Positions 39,508 to 49,620 are shown, counted from the first letter of the stretch. The stretch is DNA of 64,000 nucleotides from Bdellovibrionales bacterium (GCA_041690295.1 JAWLHR010000006.1:64001-128000), one strand, 5' to 3'. The notes: generated from the letters alone by a model not told the origin. Numbers and translations: made by a program.

Positions 39508-40797
39508 TTATTTCAGATTTTTGTGGATGAATCGGCGGGGATTTTCGCCGACGTAGTCCGCGACGCGATGACCCTGTCCCTGGACGATGAATTTGGTGGT
39601 CACCAGACTTTCCAATCCGGCGGGGCCACGGGCGTGAATCTTGGCCGTGCTGATTCCGACTTCGGCGCCAAGGCCGTAGCGGTAGCCGTCCGCGAATCTT
39701 GTGGACGCATTCACCATGACACTGGCGGAATCGACGGAAGCCACGAAGGCCTTTTGCGCGTCGACGTTTTCGGCGATGATCGCGTCCGTGTGCCGTGAGC
39801 CATGCTGATTGATATGAGTGATGGCCTCTCGGATATCTTTGACCAATTTGACCGCCAGACGGTGATCACCGAACTCGGTATCGAAATCTTTTTTCTTAGC
39901 GGTGCGGGCTTTGGGCAGATATTTTTTCACGCTGGTGTCCGCGAGCATTTGAATCTCCGAGCCACCTGTTTCATTTAACGTCTGAAAAAATCGCTGAGCG
40001 ATACTTCGGTCCACAAGAAGCGTTTCAATCGCGTTGCACGTCGACGGCGATTGCAGTTTGGCATCGCGAACAAGCGTGACGGCTTTGTTGATATCGGCGG
40101 ATTCATGCACGTACATGGTGCAAAGGCCTTGCGCGTGACCGAGCACGGGCGCTTTGGTTTGTTTCATCACTGAAGAAACAAGGGCGTTGGATCCGCGCGG
40201 AATCACGAGATCAATTAAGTCGTGATGTTGTAAGAGTGAACGGAATTCGTCGCGACCGCTGACGAGTTGAACCCATCCGTTCGGCAAAAACGAATGCCGC
40301 TTTCCCACCCGGTCCCATAGGTCTTTAAACGCCATGTTGGTGTGATGAGCTTCTTTGCCGCCTTTCAACACCACTGCGTTTCCGCTTTTGAGAATTAACG
40401 AAGTGATCTGCGGAATGATATCGGGTCGGGCTTCGAAAACCACAACAAGGACGCCAAGCGGAACGGTCTTTTGCACAAGCTCCAAACCCTCGTCCAAGAG
40501 CACATGCCGAAGGATGCGTCCCGAGGGATCTTCGAGCCGGCCCACGTTTTGAACCATATCGACGATCGATGTGATTCTCGCGGGCGTCAGCTCAAGGCGA
40601 TTCATCAGCACCGGACTGATCTTGCCTTTGGCGGCTTTAAGGTCCCGTTGATTGGCTTTCAGCAGAGTTTCTTTGTTCCCTTCGATCTCGCGCGCGAAAT
40701 CAGCGAGCGCCTGATTTTTGAGCTCAGTGGAAAGCTGGGCGGTGACCAGTGAAGCGGTTTTCGCGGTGGAAAGAATACGGCGCGGATTAATCTTCAT
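39508..40797 (-). CDS. proA: Gamma-glutamyl phosphate reductase
   Basis: VPLGV, FEARP, LKGGKEA, IPRGS, CNAIETLLV, NASTRFADG, GAEVGIST. Confidence 0.95.
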   Translation of the reverse strand: MKINPRRILSTAKTASLVTAQLSTELKNQALADFAREIEGNKETLLKANQRDLKAAKGKISPVLMNRLELTPARITSIVDMVQNVGRLEDPSGRILRHVLLDEGLELVQKTVPLGVLVVVFEARPDIIPQITSLILKSGNAVVLKGGKEAHHTNMAFKDLWDRVGKRHSFLPNGWVQLVSGRDEFRSLLQHHDLIDLVIPRGSNALVSSVMKQTKAPVLGHAQGLCTMYVHESADINKAVTLVRDAKLQSPSTCNAIETLLVDRSIAQRFFQTLNETGGSEIQMLADTSVKKYLPKARTAKKKDFDTEFGDHRLAVKLVKDIREAITHINQHGSRHTDAIIAENVDAQKAFVASVDSASVMVNASTRFADGYRYGLGAEVGISTAKIHARGPAGLESLVTTKFIVQGQGHRVADYVGENPRRFIHKNLK

Positions 40798-41650
40798 ATT
40801 TTCCAATCTTCGTCTTTTTGGCCAACTCTTTGGTTGGGTGAATGTAGGTGAAGGGCGGTGGTTGCGACGTGGTGCTGGCGCTTAAAATGTCCACCAGCAC
40901 GCGGTCACGATGTCCATTGGCGATCACGGTGGGAACTTGAAAGGCGGCGGCCGTGCGCGCGGCCTCGATTTTGGATTTCACTCCACCGCGACCGTTGTTG
41001 GAGACGGAACCGATTTTCACAAGTTTCAACTGCGCCCGCTTCGTGATCACGGGAAAATGTTCGGCCTCGGGGTTCGCCGCGGGGTTATCGGAAAACAAGC
41101 CATCCACATCGGTCAAAATGACCAAAAGGTCGGCGGCGAGTTTCGAGGCGACAAGCGCCGAAAGCATGTCATTGTCGCCAAAGCTCATATGTCTGGACGC
41201 TTTCAACTCGTGATCGGAAACCGGATCGTTTTCGTTGATGATGGGAAGCACATCCAAAGCCAGAAGCTTATTGAGTGTGGCGCGCAGGTTCAAAAATCGA
41301 TTACGGGCGAAAAAATCCTGATTGGTGAGAAGGAGCTGGGCGATTCGCGCCGGCGGATTCTGCAGCTCCGAGAATAAGCGGTGATATTCGGCCATAAGGC
41401 GGCTTTGGCCGATGGCCGCGCAGGCTTGTTTCTCGACCAGCGTGAGCCTGGCGTTAGGGAGAACTTCCTCGCGGCCGAGGCCGACGGCGCCGCTTGAAAC
41501 CAAAATGATTTCTTTTCGCTCATTTCTCAGCGCGATGATGTCCTTGACCAGCGAGCGAAGCCGGCCCTCGCTCAAGCCAAAGCGGGAAGCCACCACTTGG
41601 GTGCCGAGTTTAATGACGATGCGATGGGCGCGGCGAATGCTCTCGGTCAT
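40787..41650 (-). CDS. proB: Glutamate 5-kinase (short form, no PUA domain)
   Basis: IVIKLGT, VSSGAV, AAIGQ, PIINEND, FGDNDMLS, LTDVDGL. Confidence 0.93.
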   Translation of the reverse strand: MTESIRRAHRIVIKLGTQVVASRFGLSEGRLRSLVKDIIALRNERKEIILVSSGAVGLGREEVLPNARLTLVEKQACAAIGQSRLMAEYHRLFSELQNPPARIAQLLLTNQDFFARNRFLNLRATLNKLLALDVLPIINENDPVSDHELKASRHMSFGDNDMLSALVASKLAADLLVILTDVDGLFSDNPAANPEAEHFPVITKRAQLKLVKIGSVSNNGRGGVKSKIEAARTAAAFQVPTVIANGHRDRVLVDILSASTTSQPPPFTYIHPTKELAKKTKIGKYED

Positions 41651-43188
41651 GCTTTAGGTATTTTCAAAGTGAGGACGCCATTGTTCCATTCACGTTCCAC
41701 GAGTTTTTCGTGGACGGGCCGTGAGAGCGGAATTTCCTGGCGGAATGTCTGATAGTTGCTGGTCGCGATACGGCCATTCGGGTCACTCACATCATCTTTG
41801 AAATGCCGGCTGCCCTGGATGATGGCTTTGTTGTCCTGAACGAAAAGTCGGACATTGTCCTTTTCATGCTCCGGCACCGTCGCCTGGATAATAAAGTGAT
41901 TGGCGGTTTCGCTGACTTGAGCCTTGGCCTGATTCAACCGGTAAAACGGATCGGATTGGCGGTCGCGGTATTTGCCAATGTCGTTCAGAATTTCGCGTTT
42001 TTCATGCTCCAGAGATTGGACAAGGTTCAAACGTTGAAGCTCAAGGGATTTCGCGAAGGCTTCTTGGGCCTTGGCTTGCTGCTCGAGGTATTCCTGCTGG
42101 CGTTTGATCAAAGCTTCTTTATAAAAAATTTCGTTCCGTTGCGCTTCGGCCTGATATTTTTTGTGCAGGTCCATCATTTCTTTCTGGTGACGGGCCTGGA
42201 GATCTTTGATTTCTTTTTCACTTTGTTCTTTGAACGCGTTGGTTTTAAACGCGTGCTCGGATTTTTGATCGTTCAGCGCCTTGTCTCCGAGTTTATGTTG
42301 TTGGGCGAGTTCTTTGGCGTAAAACTCCCGGGTCTCGTTGACGGCTTTGATTCCCTTTTCGCGCTCCTGCTCGATCTGCTCACGCGAAGTGTTTTGCGTG
42401 AACATGATCTTTTCTTCGGCCCGTTTCTTCTCTTGCTCTAAAGCGGCTTGGGCTTCTTTTTTCATCGCCGTCTGGCGGGCCAAAAACTCCTGCCGTTCGC
42501 CTTCGATTTGTTTTTGATTGGTGGCTCTTTGATCATTGAGCTGAGCCCGGCTCCACTCGCTCATTTGCTGATAGGTTTTCTGATTTTCAGCCTTAAGGCT
42601 TTCGGTTTTGGCCTTGTGTTCCTCTTGCATCGCACGCAGTTCTTCGGCGTGTTTGCGCTGAACGTCCATTTGTTCCTGGCGGAACCTCTCGCTGGTTCTT
42701 CGCATTTGTGCGACGGCCTTTTGTTCAAGGTCCTCGCGGGCTTTCATGTACTCGCGGTGCAGGGCCTGGGTGCGTTCCGATTCCTGGCGGCGGAGTTCGG
42801 CTTCGCGCTCTTGCATTTTCTTGGTGGCGTTTTCCATCGCATTGAGTTTGTGCTCGATGGATTGCTGGATGGATTTTATCTTTTGTTCGCCCGCTGATTT
42901 CTCATTTTCAACGCGTTTGGCGGCCGCCTGGCGTTCGTACGTGACCCGTTTGTCGGTGTTGTCCTTGAGTTGTTGAAGCCTCTGGGCGTTTTCCTCGCGG
43001 ATGTGGTTGATCGCGGCGGCGCTGTTGCGGTTTTCGGTTTTCAGTTTGTCCCTGGATTCTTTGCGGGTGCGTTCGAGTTCCTGCTCACCCTCTTCTTTGA
43101 TTTCCTGTTTCTTCTTGCGATAAGACTCATGCAGGTCACGCAATTCTTGCGCGAGTCTCGCGCGCTCGGAGTTGACCTCTGCCGCCAT
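41647..43188 (-). CDS. Long coiled-coil protein with C-terminal Hsp20/alpha-crystallin-like domain
   Basis: About 410 aa E/K/Q/R coiled coil, then FRQEIPL...WNNGVLTLKIPKA; start at MAAEVN. Confidence 0.75.
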   Translation of the reverse strand: MAAEVNSERARLAQELRDLHESYRKKKQEIKEEGEQELERTRKESRDKLKTENRNSAAAINHIREENAQRLQQLKDNTDKRVTYERQAAAKRVENEKSAGEQKIKSIQQSIEHKLNAMENATKKMQEREAELRRQESERTQALHREYMKAREDLEQKAVAQMRRTSERFRQEQMDVQRKHAEELRAMQEEHKAKTESLKAENQKTYQQMSEWSRAQLNDQRATNQKQIEGERQEFLARQTAMKKEAQAALEQEKKRAEEKIMFTQNTSREQIEQEREKGIKAVNETREFYAKELAQQHKLGDKALNDQKSEHAFKTNAFKEQSEKEIKDLQARHQKEMMDLHKKYQAEAQRNEIFYKEALIKRQQEYLEQQAKAQEAFAKSLELQRLNLVQSLEHEKREILNDIGKYRDRQSDPFYRLNQAKAQVSETANHFIIQATVPEHEKDNVRLFVQDNKAIIQGSRHFKDDVSDPNGRIATSNYQTFRQEIPLSRPVHEKLVEREWNNGVLTLKIPKA

Positions 43189-43226
43189 GGCCTCTTTCCC
43201 CCTGATAGGCCATTTCAGATTATCAC

Positions 43227-43514
43227 TTATTTCGGTGTTTCCTGGTCCAGAGATGGCGGCGGGCTCGACTGTGGACTGACCTCTTCCGGCCGCGGACAGA
43301 TGGGTTTGTAAGACGTGTTTCCCCGGCAGCGCCAAGTGGCTCTGTAGGTGACGGTTTCGGTGCTCTTGACCGGATGATAGCCCCGGTATTGGTTCGGGTC
43401 CAAGGTCGAGATGACGGTGCGTTCCTCACCGGTCTCGGAGTCGGTGATCACCAGCTCGAAAGCCCGGTACTCACCCCAGGTGAGAAGGGGAAAGAGGATC
43501 AGCCAAATGCGCAT
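43227..43514 (-). CDS. Small hypothetical secreted protein
   Basis: Signal-like N-terminus; EYRAFEL...TWRCRGNTS..PIC. Confidence 0.6.
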   Translation of the reverse strand: MRIWLILFPLLTWGEYRAFELVITDSETGEERTVISTLDPNQYRGYHPVKSTETVTYRATWRCRGNTSYKPICPRPEEVSPQSSPPPSLDQETPK

Positions 43515-43543
43515 GATCACTTATCGGAGGCGGGAGCGTCCAA

Positions 43544-44070
43544 TTAAGAGGCTTCATTTGTCGGAGGTTTAAAAGCGACCACGCTGATCGCGCCCAAATG
43601 TTTGGCGTACTTGCGGAACACGGATCTCATTTTAAGAACCCGGCGGCGGGCGGTGGGATTGAATAAGAAAAAAACCATCATGCGGATCGTGCCTAATAGT
43701 CCCTCGTCGTCCGTATCGGCCGTTATCCCGCAAAATGCGATGGGCTTCGCGGAGAATTTCCTTCTTCTTTTCCTCCGGCTGCATGGTTAAAAAGGCTTCG
43801 CCAAAAACCACCGTGGCCGATCCATCGTCAAGTCCCGTCGCTTCGGCGGAGCGGTTAAAAACGACATAGTCGGTGTCGCCAAGAATCTGTCGCACGGTTG
43901 AACCCGCTTTGGGATCTCGCTCGATGGCCGTATATGAGGCCGGTTGCGTGAGTCGCAAAATTTCGGCTGTTCTTCCCACCCCTGGCGCCAGTTCCACAAC
44001 ATGATCGGAGGAATCGATCTTCAAGGCTCCGATCATCCATGCGTTGTCCGGCAATAAGTTCCACGATCAC
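43544..44070 (-). pseudogene. Class I SAM-dependent methyltransferase, split across three frame segments
   Basis: VVELAPGVG and VFGEAFLTMQ in one frame; C-terminal DEGLLG...RRRVLKMRSVFRKY..HLGAI in another; GTG start at 44070 out of frame with the core. Confidence 0.7.
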
Positions 44071-44633
44071 CTCCTGAAAATTTCAAGTTGAACCGACTCC
44101 GCCTTACGTTCGATTTCATAGGAGAATCCGCGTTCCGTAAGAATCGGAAGTAAGAATTCAGGGACACGCCGGTTCAATTGACGAAGTCTCGTATCGGCCG
44201 GAAGTTTTTCCACCACGGCGAGCGTCAGTTCCATGGGCTCAGGTGGAGCCAGATCGCGAACATCGAGAACCCAAACTCCCTTGTCGGTCGCGAGTCTGTG
44301 CCCCAGTTCTGGAAAGACATTTTTCAGTTCCTGAGTCACGGAGGCGGGTGGCTCGCCCGGCGCGGCTTTTTGATAAAACCAGATAATCCAATCGTCGCCT
44401 TCCCCATGCTCAACCCAATGCGACCATCCTTTCGCGCCCAGGACCCGAAACAAGGGCTTTGGTTCGAATGTCGCCCTCAACCGCATGGCCCCATCGGGCG
44501 ATGTCCGTCCAATCGTTTCCATGATCTGCGAGAAGGGTTCGCCGCCGCTCTTGAGGATCGGGCGGACATCGAGGTCTTGAACTTTGTCGGACTTAATCGC
44601 TCTAACTTCTTCAGGAGCGTTTTTGAGATTCAT
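44067..44633 (-). CDS. Tandem DUF2249-domain protein
   Basis: LDVRPILKSGGEPFSQIM...ATFEPKPL and LDVRDLAPPEPME. Confidence 0.8.
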   Translation of the reverse strand: MNLKNAPEEVRAIKSDKVQDLDVRPILKSGGEPFSQIMETIGRTSPDGAMRLRATFEPKPLFRVLGAKGWSHWVEHGEGDDWIIWFYQKAAPGEPPASVTQELKNVFPELGHRLATDKGVWVLDVRDLAPPEPMELTLAVVEKLPADTRLRQLNRRVPEFLLPILTERGFSYEIERKAESVQLEIFRR

Positions 44634-44920
44634 AAATCACCTGCTTCCCGGTTAATCATGTCGGGCGACCAAGGCGGCCACCAGACGATTTCCACTTCGA
44701 CTTTTTTAATCTCTTGATTCTCCGCGAGAACGCGGTTCACTTCGTTCGTCATGTATTCCTCCATCGGGCAACCTGGAGTTGTGAGTGTCATTTCGACGTG
44801 AACGTTTCCATTTTCGCACTTGACCCCGTAGACGAGCCCCATATCGACAATGTTCAATCCCACTTCCGGATCGATGACTTCCTTGAGCTTTTCTCGAATG
44901 GCATCTTCTGAAAGCGTCAT
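44630..44920 (-). CDS. DUF59/SufT-like metal-sulfur cluster assembly factor
   Basis: VIDPEVGLNIVDMGLVY, MTLTTPGCP, PPWSPDM. Confidence 0.9.
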   Translation of the reverse strand: MTLSEDAIREKLKEVIDPEVGLNIVDMGLVYGVKCENGNVHVEMTLTTPGCPMEEYMTNEVNRVLAENQEIKKVEVEIVWWPPWSPDMINREAGDL

Positions 44921-46185
44921 GTCTGAACCTCCATTGGCTTGAAAGCGGGGGAGGAAGAGAAACTTCGTCGAAGGAAAGGCACCTGCGCGGCCCCGCAGAG
45001 CCAAGCGGCCAGCAGAGCGCACGACCCCATGTGGAGAATCACAGTGTTTCCCATCCCCAGTCCGACGGCCCATAGAGCGGTTCCGCCCGTGCCCAGTGCC
45101 GCCGTGGCGAAACTTAATCTTTCATCAAGCAGATCTTTAACTCTGGGGACCCGCCCTCGACCGAGGCCACTTGAAAAACGCACAAACCAAACCAAAAAAG
45201 GGATTACGCGATGATAAATTCCAAGGGTGAACAGCATGAGCCAACCGAGGAGCAGAAGGCCGACAAAAACCGGCGAGTTTCGCCATAAAAATAAGACGGC
45301 CCACGCGATCGGCAAAAACGCCGTCGCGAAAACGGCCAGCAGAAGACCGGCATCCCGTTCGCGCCGCATGCGCGCCAAGATATAGAGAGTGACTTGCACG
45401 CACCAGAGGGCTGAAACAACCGCGGCCGCCGTCCATCCAACGCGCGTCCAGGGATCGGGAAAGAAAGCGCTCAACAGACCGGCAAAGGGAATCACTGCCC
45501 ATACGGGCAGAGCGATGCGGATGGGCCACTGGGGTGTTTTGTTTGAAAGAGCGAACATGGGAATCAAATGCGATCCCACACCGGCAATCATGGCTCCAAC
45601 CCAACCGAAAACGGCGATGAGAATATGGGCGCTGAAATAGCCAGGGGGCAGAGCGATCGGGTGAATCCCCATTTTGACTACGGCCGCGCAGGCGCCAAGT
45701 CCCCAGATGGACCAAAGGGAAACAAGGGCGATGACCGTATAGCAGCGGGTGAGCTGTCCGCGGCGCGCGGACCACAGAGCCGGTATCAATTGAATCGAGA
45801 ACAAAGTGATTCCCGCACCAAGCGCGAAAGCTCCGGAAACCACGAAGGCTTTCAGGTTAAAGGCGAACCCGATGGGAAAAAGAAGAGAGCCAAGCGTCCA
45901 TAAACCGAGAACCCAAAACGCGAGATTCTTTCCGAATGGTTTGGATCCCAGAGCGACGCCGATGAACACTTGCAGCGCACCGAAAATGGAAAGGGTCAGC
46001 CATCCGAGCGTGATGAAATGAAGTCCGCCCACCACACGCGGAGACGAAATGAGGCCTGAAGCAAGAAGGGGAGTGTTCATCGCCAGTGCAATCACCCCCA
46101 GCGCTAGAAATACGAATGCGGTCCCAAAATACTTCAGGGCGCACCTCGCACTTCCGCTTTCCGGGGGCTTAAATCCTGGTATCAT
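44917..46185 (-). CDS. Polytopic membrane protein with His residues in helices (heme-copper oxidase subunit I-like/NnrS-like)
   Basis: About 12 hydrophobic segments; HFITLGW, AHILIAVFGW, HLIPMF, YHRVIPF. Confidence 0.6.
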   Translation of the reverse strand: MIPGFKPPESGSARCALKYFGTAFVFLALGVIALAMNTPLLASGLISSPRVVGGLHFITLGWLTLSIFGALQVFIGVALGSKPFGKNLAFWVLGLWTLGSLLFPIGFAFNLKAFVVSGAFALGAGITLFSIQLIPALWSARRGQLTRCYTVIALVSLWSIWGLGACAAVVKMGIHPIALPPGYFSAHILIAVFGWVGAMIAGVGSHLIPMFALSNKTPQWPIRIALPVWAVIPFAGLLSAFFPDPWTRVGWTAAAVVSALWCVQVTLYILARMRRERDAGLLLAVFATAFLPIAWAVLFLWRNSPVFVGLLLLGWLMLFTLGIYHRVIPFLVWFVRFSSGLGRGRVPRVKDLLDERLSFATAALGTGGTALWAVGLGMGNTVILHMGSCALLAAWLCGAAQVPFLRRSFSSSPAFKPMEVQT

Positions 46186-46424
46186 TTCTTACGTCTCACC
46201 TTGACCTCCCAAGTTTCCGGCCCGTTTTCGAGGTAATCGAACGTGAATGCATCCTCACCATGATCCACGACGAGCGTGTAGTACATGCACTTGGGATCGT
46301 GATCGACTTTCAAAAAGAGTTCGTCATCGATTTGCAGCGAGTTCCACGCACCAAGAATCGCTTCAAGCCGATCTTTGGGTGCGATGGGGCGCACATCAAG
46401 GACGAGTTTATTTGCCGGGGACAT
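46182..46424 (-). CDS. DUF2249 domain protein
   Basis: LDVRPIAP...DHDPK...YLENGPETWEV; start at MSPANK. Confidence 0.8.
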   Translation of the reverse strand: MSPANKLVLDVRPIAPKDRLEAILGAWNSLQIDDELFLKVDHDPKCMYYTLVVDHGEDAFTFDYLENGPETWEVKVRRKK

Positions 46425-46428
46425 GGGC

Positions 46429-46671
46429 TCACCCGATCTTCGTGAGACGCACTTTCCACCACTCAGGACCCTGTTCCAGATACTCCCAAGAGAATAGGTT
46501 ACGGCGTTCGAAATCAAATTGATGGCGAAGCGGCCGCGGATCGTGATCATTGATCAAAACGAAGGATTCACCTTTTTTTAGATCGTCGAACGTGCGAAAG
46601 ATGGTCGGGTGTTTTTCGCGGGGTGCGATCAATGTCACATTTAATTCTTTCTCTGTGCTCATAGGGCTCAT
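46429..46671 (-). CDS. DUF2249 domain protein
   Basis: IAPREKHPTIFRTFDDL...NDHDPRPL...WEYLEQGPEWW. Confidence 0.85.
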   Translation of the reverse strand: MSPMSTEKELNVTLIAPREKHPTIFRTFDDLKKGESFVLINDHDPRPLRHQFDFERRNLFSWEYLEQGPEWWKVRLTKIG

Positions 46672-46734
46672 CCTTTCTCATGAATAGATTTTGGTGACCT
46701 CACGCGAGCACTTTAGTCCTTATTTCGCGGAATT

Positions 46735-46752
46735 CTTTGCGCTGGCGCAAAG
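46735..46752. promoter_or_regulatory. NnrR-type Crp/Fnr binding site
   Basis: ctTTGCG-ctgg-CGCAAag palindrome; -10-like TAAAGT at 46710-46715 (- strand) puts the site near -41.5. Confidence 0.8.
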
Positions 46753-46842
46753 TGCGCCCAGGCCGCTCGCGGCTGCAGTGCGTTCCGACGCAAGATGTAA
46801 CTCAACAATGAACCAATTCTGCGCTAGGTTGTCCGCGAAACC

Positions 46843-47550
46843 ATGGCCAAAATCAGCGCGAGTGAAGCGAAGATCATCGAGGCTGCACCCCTTTTTCGGG
46901 ACCTCACCCGGCAACAGATCGATGACATCGTGGCCGCGGCCAATCTTCTAAAAATAAAAAAAAATGGAATTCTCTTTCATCAATCGGATCCGGCGCATTC
47001 CACGTTCGTTATTATTAATGGCCGAGTGAAATTAACTCAGCTCACGGCCGATGGCGCGCAGACGCTTCTTCGCGTGGTTGGACCGGGTCAGATTCTGGCC
47101 GTCGTGTCGGCGCTCGAGGTGATGAACTATCCGGCGACCGCCACAGCCGAACGTGACAGCCGTTTATTGAGTTGGGACGGGAAAACTCTTGATCGGCTTT
47201 TTTTTAAACATCCAGGGTTAAGTCGCAATGCCCTTGCAATTTTGTCGGCGCGCATGCGCGAAATGCAGGAACGGTTCGGAGAACTGGCTTCGCAGCGGAC
47301 AGAGCGGCGTTTGGCCCGTGCTCTTCTTCGCCTGGCCGACCAGGTCGGAAAAAAGGAATCCGACGGTGTTGTTCTTGATATGGCTCTTTCACGCCAGGAC
47401 TTGGCCGAAATGATCGGGACCACTCTCTTTTCGGTCAGTCGCATTTTGACCGACTGGCAAGCTCGCAAGCTGGTGAACATTGGACGGCGGAAAGTCATTT
47501 TGCGCGATCCGGAGAGGCTTGCTCATATCGCTGAAGAACTCGCCCACTAG
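46843..47550 (+). CDS. Crp/Fnr family regulator (NnrR-like)
   Basis: LFHQSDPA, GRVKLTQLTADG, YPATATA, LSRQDLAEMIGTTLFSVSRIL; no FNR cysteines. Confidence 0.88.
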   Translation: MAKISASEAKIIEAAPLFRDLTRQQIDDIVAAANLLKIKKNGILFHQSDPAHSTFVIINGRVKLTQLTADGAQTLLRVVGPGQILAVVSALEVMNYPATATAERDSRLLSWDGKTLDRLFFKHPGLSRNALAILSARMREMQERFGELASQRTERRLARALLRLADQVGKKESDGVVLDMALSRQDLAEMIGTTLFSVSRILTDWQARKLVNIGRRKVILRDPERLAHIAEELAH

Positions 47551-47626
47551 GCTGCGGCGAGACGGCAAACTCAACTTGCAAGGCGGACGGAAGTCGACTA
47601 TCCCCCTTGGGACAAAGGGGGAGTTT

Positions 47627-48043
47627 ATGAAATTTAAGCACTTGTTTTTAAGCGCGCTCTTGGCCGGGGGTTGCTACGCTTCGGCGGATTTCCAGTCGAT
47701 TTCCCAAGACTTGGTGGATATCGCTGATGTGGCTTCAAACGTATTTTATGTGAAGCACGTGAAAGCTGGAAAATATGCCTACAAAGTGGTGTCGATGGAT
47801 ACGCGATTGAACGGCGATCTTTCCGACACCGTCATGGTGTTGGTTGGGGAAAACGGTGTCGGCGGCGCGGCCGGTTATGAGGCGGCTTTCCATTTGCCCG
47901 TCACCGAAGCGCGAAACAGCTTGGTGGGTGTGCGCCGGGTGAAAAACAAAGTTGAACTCACGTTCAGCGATCTTTCGGGAAAGAAGTCCAAGCTTCTCGT
48001 CCGCTACGATCGCGAAAGCAAAACTTTGATCGAAGATAACTAG
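47627..48043 (+). CDS. Hypothetical secreted protein
   Basis: GGGGGAG RBS, signal peptide MKFKHLF. Confidence 0.65.
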   Translation: MKFKHLFLSALLAGGCYASADFQSISQDLVDIADVASNVFYVKHVKAGKYAYKVVSMDTRLNGDLSDTVMVLVGENGVGGAAGYEAAFHLPVTEARNSLVGVRRVKNKVELTFSDLSGKKSKLLVRYDRESKTLIEDN

Positions 48044-49620
48044 AATGTAAGGGAGAGGATCCCGCCGGCTTTGGGCACGGTTTTATTGTCGCTCTTCGAA
48101 ACGCCGGCGGCACTGCCTTTGGTGCTGATTTGCTCAACCGCTCCCATGAGGCCCACCCAATAACGTGTTTTAAACCGCCAGTGCCCGTAAGCGGCGAGAG
48201 TTTGTGACGTACTTGAAACTGTGAAGGGATCATAGGGCGCCTCGCCGCTCGGGCCGCTGAATTCCATGTCGCGATTGATGAATGAGAATTCGAACCGGCG
48301 GACCGGATTGGGGCGGATGTGTAAGTTCACACGCAAAATATCGGCGTTCATGTACTCCGCGTCCGCGCTGCCGCCGAAAATATTCAGGGTCCAGAATCTC
48401 GCTTGATAACGAACGCCGATCTTACCGAATCCAAAATTTTGTTTCTTGAACAAAGAGCCATACCGCACGCCCACCTCGGTGGAGCCGCCAAGGTGGAACT
48501 CTATCGCCCATCGTCCGTAGTCGAAGCCGGCTTCAAGCAGGGCCGAGTCATTGGCTCGGATATCGATGTTGTCCAAATCCTTGGCGGTCCATTTGTATTT
48601 CGTTCCCACCAGGAGAAGATTGGGATCAACCATTCCGGAAAAATGAAAGTAGTCGGCCTTCATCCGATAAAAAATCTGGGTTTGCGGCTCTTCGTGAATC
48701 GACATGAAGATCGGACCCGCACCCGATTTGAATTCGCTTTGAAAACCAAAAGGCCCCGAGCTGTATTCGTTCGTTAAAAACGGTGTGAAGTTATTCGCCC
48801 GGGTTTCGCTCGCGCCGTAGCGCGACGAGGTGCTGAGCCACATTCCCAAGGTTGTTTCGTTACCGTAGACTTCCGGCACGGGATAAAACTGCTGATCACT
48901 TTCGTAATCTTTGATTTGTTCGTGCCCGATGATCAGGCGATCCAATTCCCGCTTGATTGTCACGGGATCACTCATGAGCTGCTGGGGAAAAACCTTTATG
49001 GTCTTTTTCTGCGTGTTCTCCGCCGGGCAAGTGCTGAAGGCGTAAGGGTGGACGAAATCGAAGGCGGAGCTGTCCGCGCCTTCCAAAGAGATTCGCTTTT
49101 GTTCACGCTCGAACTCGATCTTCCAAATGCTTCGGCGATCGATCAGCCGTTCGGATCCACGTAAAGTTAAAAACGCGATCTTGTCCTTGCTGAAATCAAT
49201 CGGCCAACCACGGATAAGTTCAACCAGGTCTCCATCGGCGCCCAGGGTCTGAATGCGCACGAGGGGAGTGACCTCGGGATTATTCACCCGCCGGATCGGC
49301 ACCACATCAACCGGGTAGGTCGCGTAAGAGATGATTTCGAACCGCTCAATTTGAACGATATCCCCGTTGAGATTCAGCAAAAAAACCTTACGCGGGCTCA
49401 CGCCCAAAATAACACCGATTTGCCGGTGGCAGGACGCCGTGTAAAGCGCATGAAGATTGATCCCGTAAGCGTTCGGTGATGCGATGAGAAACGCCACGAG
49501 CGCTCCGGCCAGCGAGTGCCATACGCGGTTTAAGTTTTTAGAAAATGAACTCGAACGTGCCAAAGAACACAGTCTCCCTTTGATCTTTGCGGTCACCGAC
49601 GTTGTTGAAATTCCATTCAT
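48040..49620 (-). CDS. Hypothetical outer-membrane protein, paralogue of 49538-51040 (start uncertain)
   Basis: Signal-like segment, beta-strand C-terminal half, C-terminal Phe. Confidence 0.65.
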   Translation of the reverse strand: MNGISTTSVTAKIKGRLCSLARSSSFSKNLNRVWHSLAGALVAFLIASPNAYGINLHALYTASCHRQIGVILGVSPRKVFLLNLNGDIVQIERFEIISYATYPVDVVPIRRVNNPEVTPLVRIQTLGADGDLVELIRGWPIDFSKDKIAFLTLRGSERLIDRRSIWKIEFEREQKRISLEGADSSAFDFVHPYAFSTCPAENTQKKTIKVFPQQLMSDPVTIKRELDRLIIGHEQIKDYESDQQFYPVPEVYGNETTLGMWLSTSSRYGASETRANNFTPFLTNEYSSGPFGFQSEFKSGAGPIFMSIHEEPQTQIFYRMKADYFHFSGMVDPNLLLVGTKYKWTAKDLDNIDIRANDSALLEAGFDYGRWAIEFHLGGSTEVGVRYGSLFKKQNFGFGKIGVRYQARFWTLNIFGGSADAEYMNADILRVNLHIRPNPVRRFEFSFINRDMEFSGPSGEAPYDPFTVSSTSQTLAAYGHWRFKTRYWVGLMGAVEQISTKGSAAGVSKSDNKTVPKAGGILSLTF

